From the NCBI GenBank assembly GCA_044346095.1, contig JBIIZV010000001.1:1-33458 (forward strand): a stretch of 33,458 nucleotides of DNA, in the 5' to 3' direction. Under the pieces are notes generated by a model. The model ran no database searches. It had not been told where the DNA came from and was given only the letters and a program-made list of their open reading frames with translations. The DNA comes from Candidatus Nanopelagicales bacterium. Lineage in GTDB: Bacteria > Actinomycetota > Actinomycetes > S36-B12 > UBA5976. How positions within the stretch are numbered: the first letter of the stretch is position 1; each line of letters starts with the position of its first letter. Below are positions 32,039 through 33,458 of the stretch, in pieces. Made by a program: the position numbers and the translations under genes.

Positions 32039-32938
32039 ATGGTTCGCCGCGCGCTTGTGTTCGGATTAGCGCTTTTGGGTCTGATCGTCATTCTGCGGCT
32101 GGTATCAGGAACAATCTCATCCCAACCTGCGGACGGTACTGCAGCACCAATTCCAGTACCCGTATTCACGCCCGCATTTGACTGCGAGGCCAATGCTCCG
32201 ATCCCACAAACTTTTGTTGACGCCTGGTCTGCTGAGTTCCAGCCAACAAACTTCAATGTGACAGTTATTGATTTAGTCGAAGGCTGCACATATTCAATAG
32301 GGGATAGCGCAGCAACCTTCCCAACTGCATCAACTGGCAAAGTAATTGTTGCCACCGGCGTTCTGGAAATGGTTGCAGCTGGAACTTTGGATTATGCCTC
32401 GGTTGCTCCCGACTTAGAGTTAATGATTATTGAGTCAAATAATGATTCAGCTAATCGACTTTTTCGCGCGATGGGCGAAAACATTGGCATCGCTTCAGTG
32501 ATCCAGAGGTATGGGCTTACTTCGACAAACATCGGCAGAACTTGGGGAATGATTCAGACAACTTCAAGTGATCAGGCGCTACTTTTGAATCAAGTGGTTG
32601 GTACTTCCGAGAGTCCACTACCTGAAGCGCAACGCGTTATTCTGCGCGACCTGATGATCAGGGTAAATCCGGAGCAAGCCTGGGGAGCAGGAAGCGCAGG
32701 TGGCATCCCTGTTGGGTGGTCAGCTGCTGTAAAGAATGGTTGGTACTTGTCAGTAGAGGGTGATCAGCCACCTGTAGGTCTTTGGCGAATAAACACCGTG
32801 GGCTACGTGTGGGATGCAGAAAAATCTCCACGCTGGATATTTACTGGATATTCAGATACTTGGCCAACAGAAGAAACTGGGGAATTGGCTTGGAGTTCGA
32901 TAACTAAGCAGCTTTCTGAAACATTGGGCATTCGCTAA
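32039..32938 (+). CDS. membrane-anchored class A beta-lactamase-like serine hydrolase
   Basis: N-terminal TM ALVFGLALLGLIVIL. Motifs STGK (SxxK), ESNNDSAN (SxN) and KNG (KTG-like). The start is trimmed because the track ORF begins inside tRNA-Arg. Confidence 0.7.
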   Translation: MVRRALVFGLALLGLIVILRLVSGTISSQPADGTAAPIPVPVFTPAFDCEANAPIPQTFVDAWSAEFQPTNFNVTVIDLVEGCTYSIGDSAATFPTASTGKVIVATGVLEMVAAGTLDYASVAPDLELMIIESNNDSANRLFRAMGENIGIASVIQRYGLTSTNIGRTWGMIQTTSSDQALLLNQVVGTSESPLPEAQRVILRDLMIRVNPEQAWGAGSAGGIPVGWSAAVKNGWYLSVEGDQPPVGLWRINTVGYVWDAEKSPRWIFTGYSDTWPTEETGELAWSSITKQLSETLGIR

Positions 32939-33458
32939 GAAGCGTAAGGTTCCATCACAGGGCAAGATTGTCCAGGAGCAACTAGTGGTTCAAAATGCCA
33001 CCACTCATTTTCATAACGGCGACATAGTCCATATTTGTAACCGTTCTTTTCTAACCAAGCTGCTGCTTTCTTTCCTTTAGTTCCGCCAACGCCGTAGTTA
33101 ATGTCTATTGCTAAGCCCCAAGGATGATTCGATTTTTCTGGCGGCAGCACCCACTTACTTGCTGCCTCTACCGATCCATGTCGTTTTATTGCCCTTTGAA
33201 ACAAAACCTCTTGACGTTCCAGGCTTCGGTAGCCACTTGTAATGGCAAGGTTGTGACCCTTTTTCTTGGCTGCTGCCTTTGCAGCTTCGTACCGGTTCTT
33301 AAACTGTGGAACTAAAGCACTGGGGCGCGCTTCCGAACGAACGATAGGTGTGGCGCCAAGGGACCGCTCGCTTTTGCTGCAAGTCCCTTCAGTAATGGCT
33401 CTGACTTTGCCGCTGGATTTCTTTGCACAAAAATCGATCACCGGAGCTTCAGTTGCAC
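32935..33458 (-). CDS. M15 family D-Ala-D-Ala carboxypeptidase (VanY-like), probably 5'-truncated by the window edge
   Basis: SGYRSLERQEVLF, SNHPWGLAIDI and EWWHFE zinc-site motifs. The frame stays open from GTG 33441 to the window end and no signal/TM segment is visible yet. Confidence 0.8.
   Translation of the reverse strand, partial: ATEAPVIDFCAKKSSGKVRAITEGTCSKSERSLGATPIVRSEARPSALVPQFKNRYEAAKAAAKKKGHNLAITSGYRSLERQEVLFQRAIKRHGSVEAASKWVLPPEKSNHPWGLAIDINYGVGGTKGKKAAAWLEKNGYKYGLCRRYENEWWHFEPLVAPGQSCPVMEPYAS

Noticed and set aside
1-33458. CRISPR arrays, tandem repeats, rRNA, toxin-antitoxin or phage-defence cassettes
   Set aside because: None was detected by eye. The only repeated motif found is the 16-bp operator palindrome, and the gene content is otherwise housekeeping or metabolic.

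Overview
Gene-dense chromosomal segment of an actinobacterium. Markers are WhiB1, Ni-superoxide dismutase with its SodX protease, UPF0182, a ~1220-aa Kgd/OdhA-type 2-oxoglutarate enzyme, ribosomal mini-protein bL37 and HisN. The order DAG-kinase-like / whiB1 / 70-aa biotin protein / aroA / rsgA mirrors, from memory, the M. tuberculosis Rv3218-Rv3228 neighbourhood. GC looks low for an actinobacterium (not computed), intergenic spacers are tiny and many genes overlap by 1-14 nt. This suggests a streamlined freshwater acI/Nanopelagicales-like genome, which is inference only. I call about 42 CDS, 2 tRNAs (initiator Met, Arg-CCG), 2 intrinsic terminators, and no rRNA, CRISPR, transposase or integrase. 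Main points: (1) 24015-24776 (-) encodes a heliorhodopsin, a 7-TM retinal-lysine protein with inverted topology, next to NiSOD/SodX and a quinone oxidoreductase. The family was first described in 2018 and its function is still unsettled. (2) 1-5446 is a CstR-like (His-less CsoR family) persulfide/sulfide regulon. It has three ATACCC-N4-GGGTAT operators, SQR, a persulfide dioxygenase-rhodanese fusion, two more rhodaneses, thioredoxin, a SAM methyltransferase, an unlisted 57-aa Cys-rich ORF and a CPVC membrane protein. (3) 30558-31860 (-) holds a THI-box (TPP riboswitch)-like leader, a PnuC-family transporter and a P-loop kinase, i.e. a candidate vitamin uptake-and-trap module. (4) Several ORF-track starts needed trimming: aroA, SRAP, whiB1, kgd, the PnuC-like gene and the serine hydrolase that ran through a tRNA. 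Two real genes are absent from the track: an edge-truncated gene at 1-1091 and the 24-aa bL37. All family assignments come from motif recognition by eye; no database search was run.
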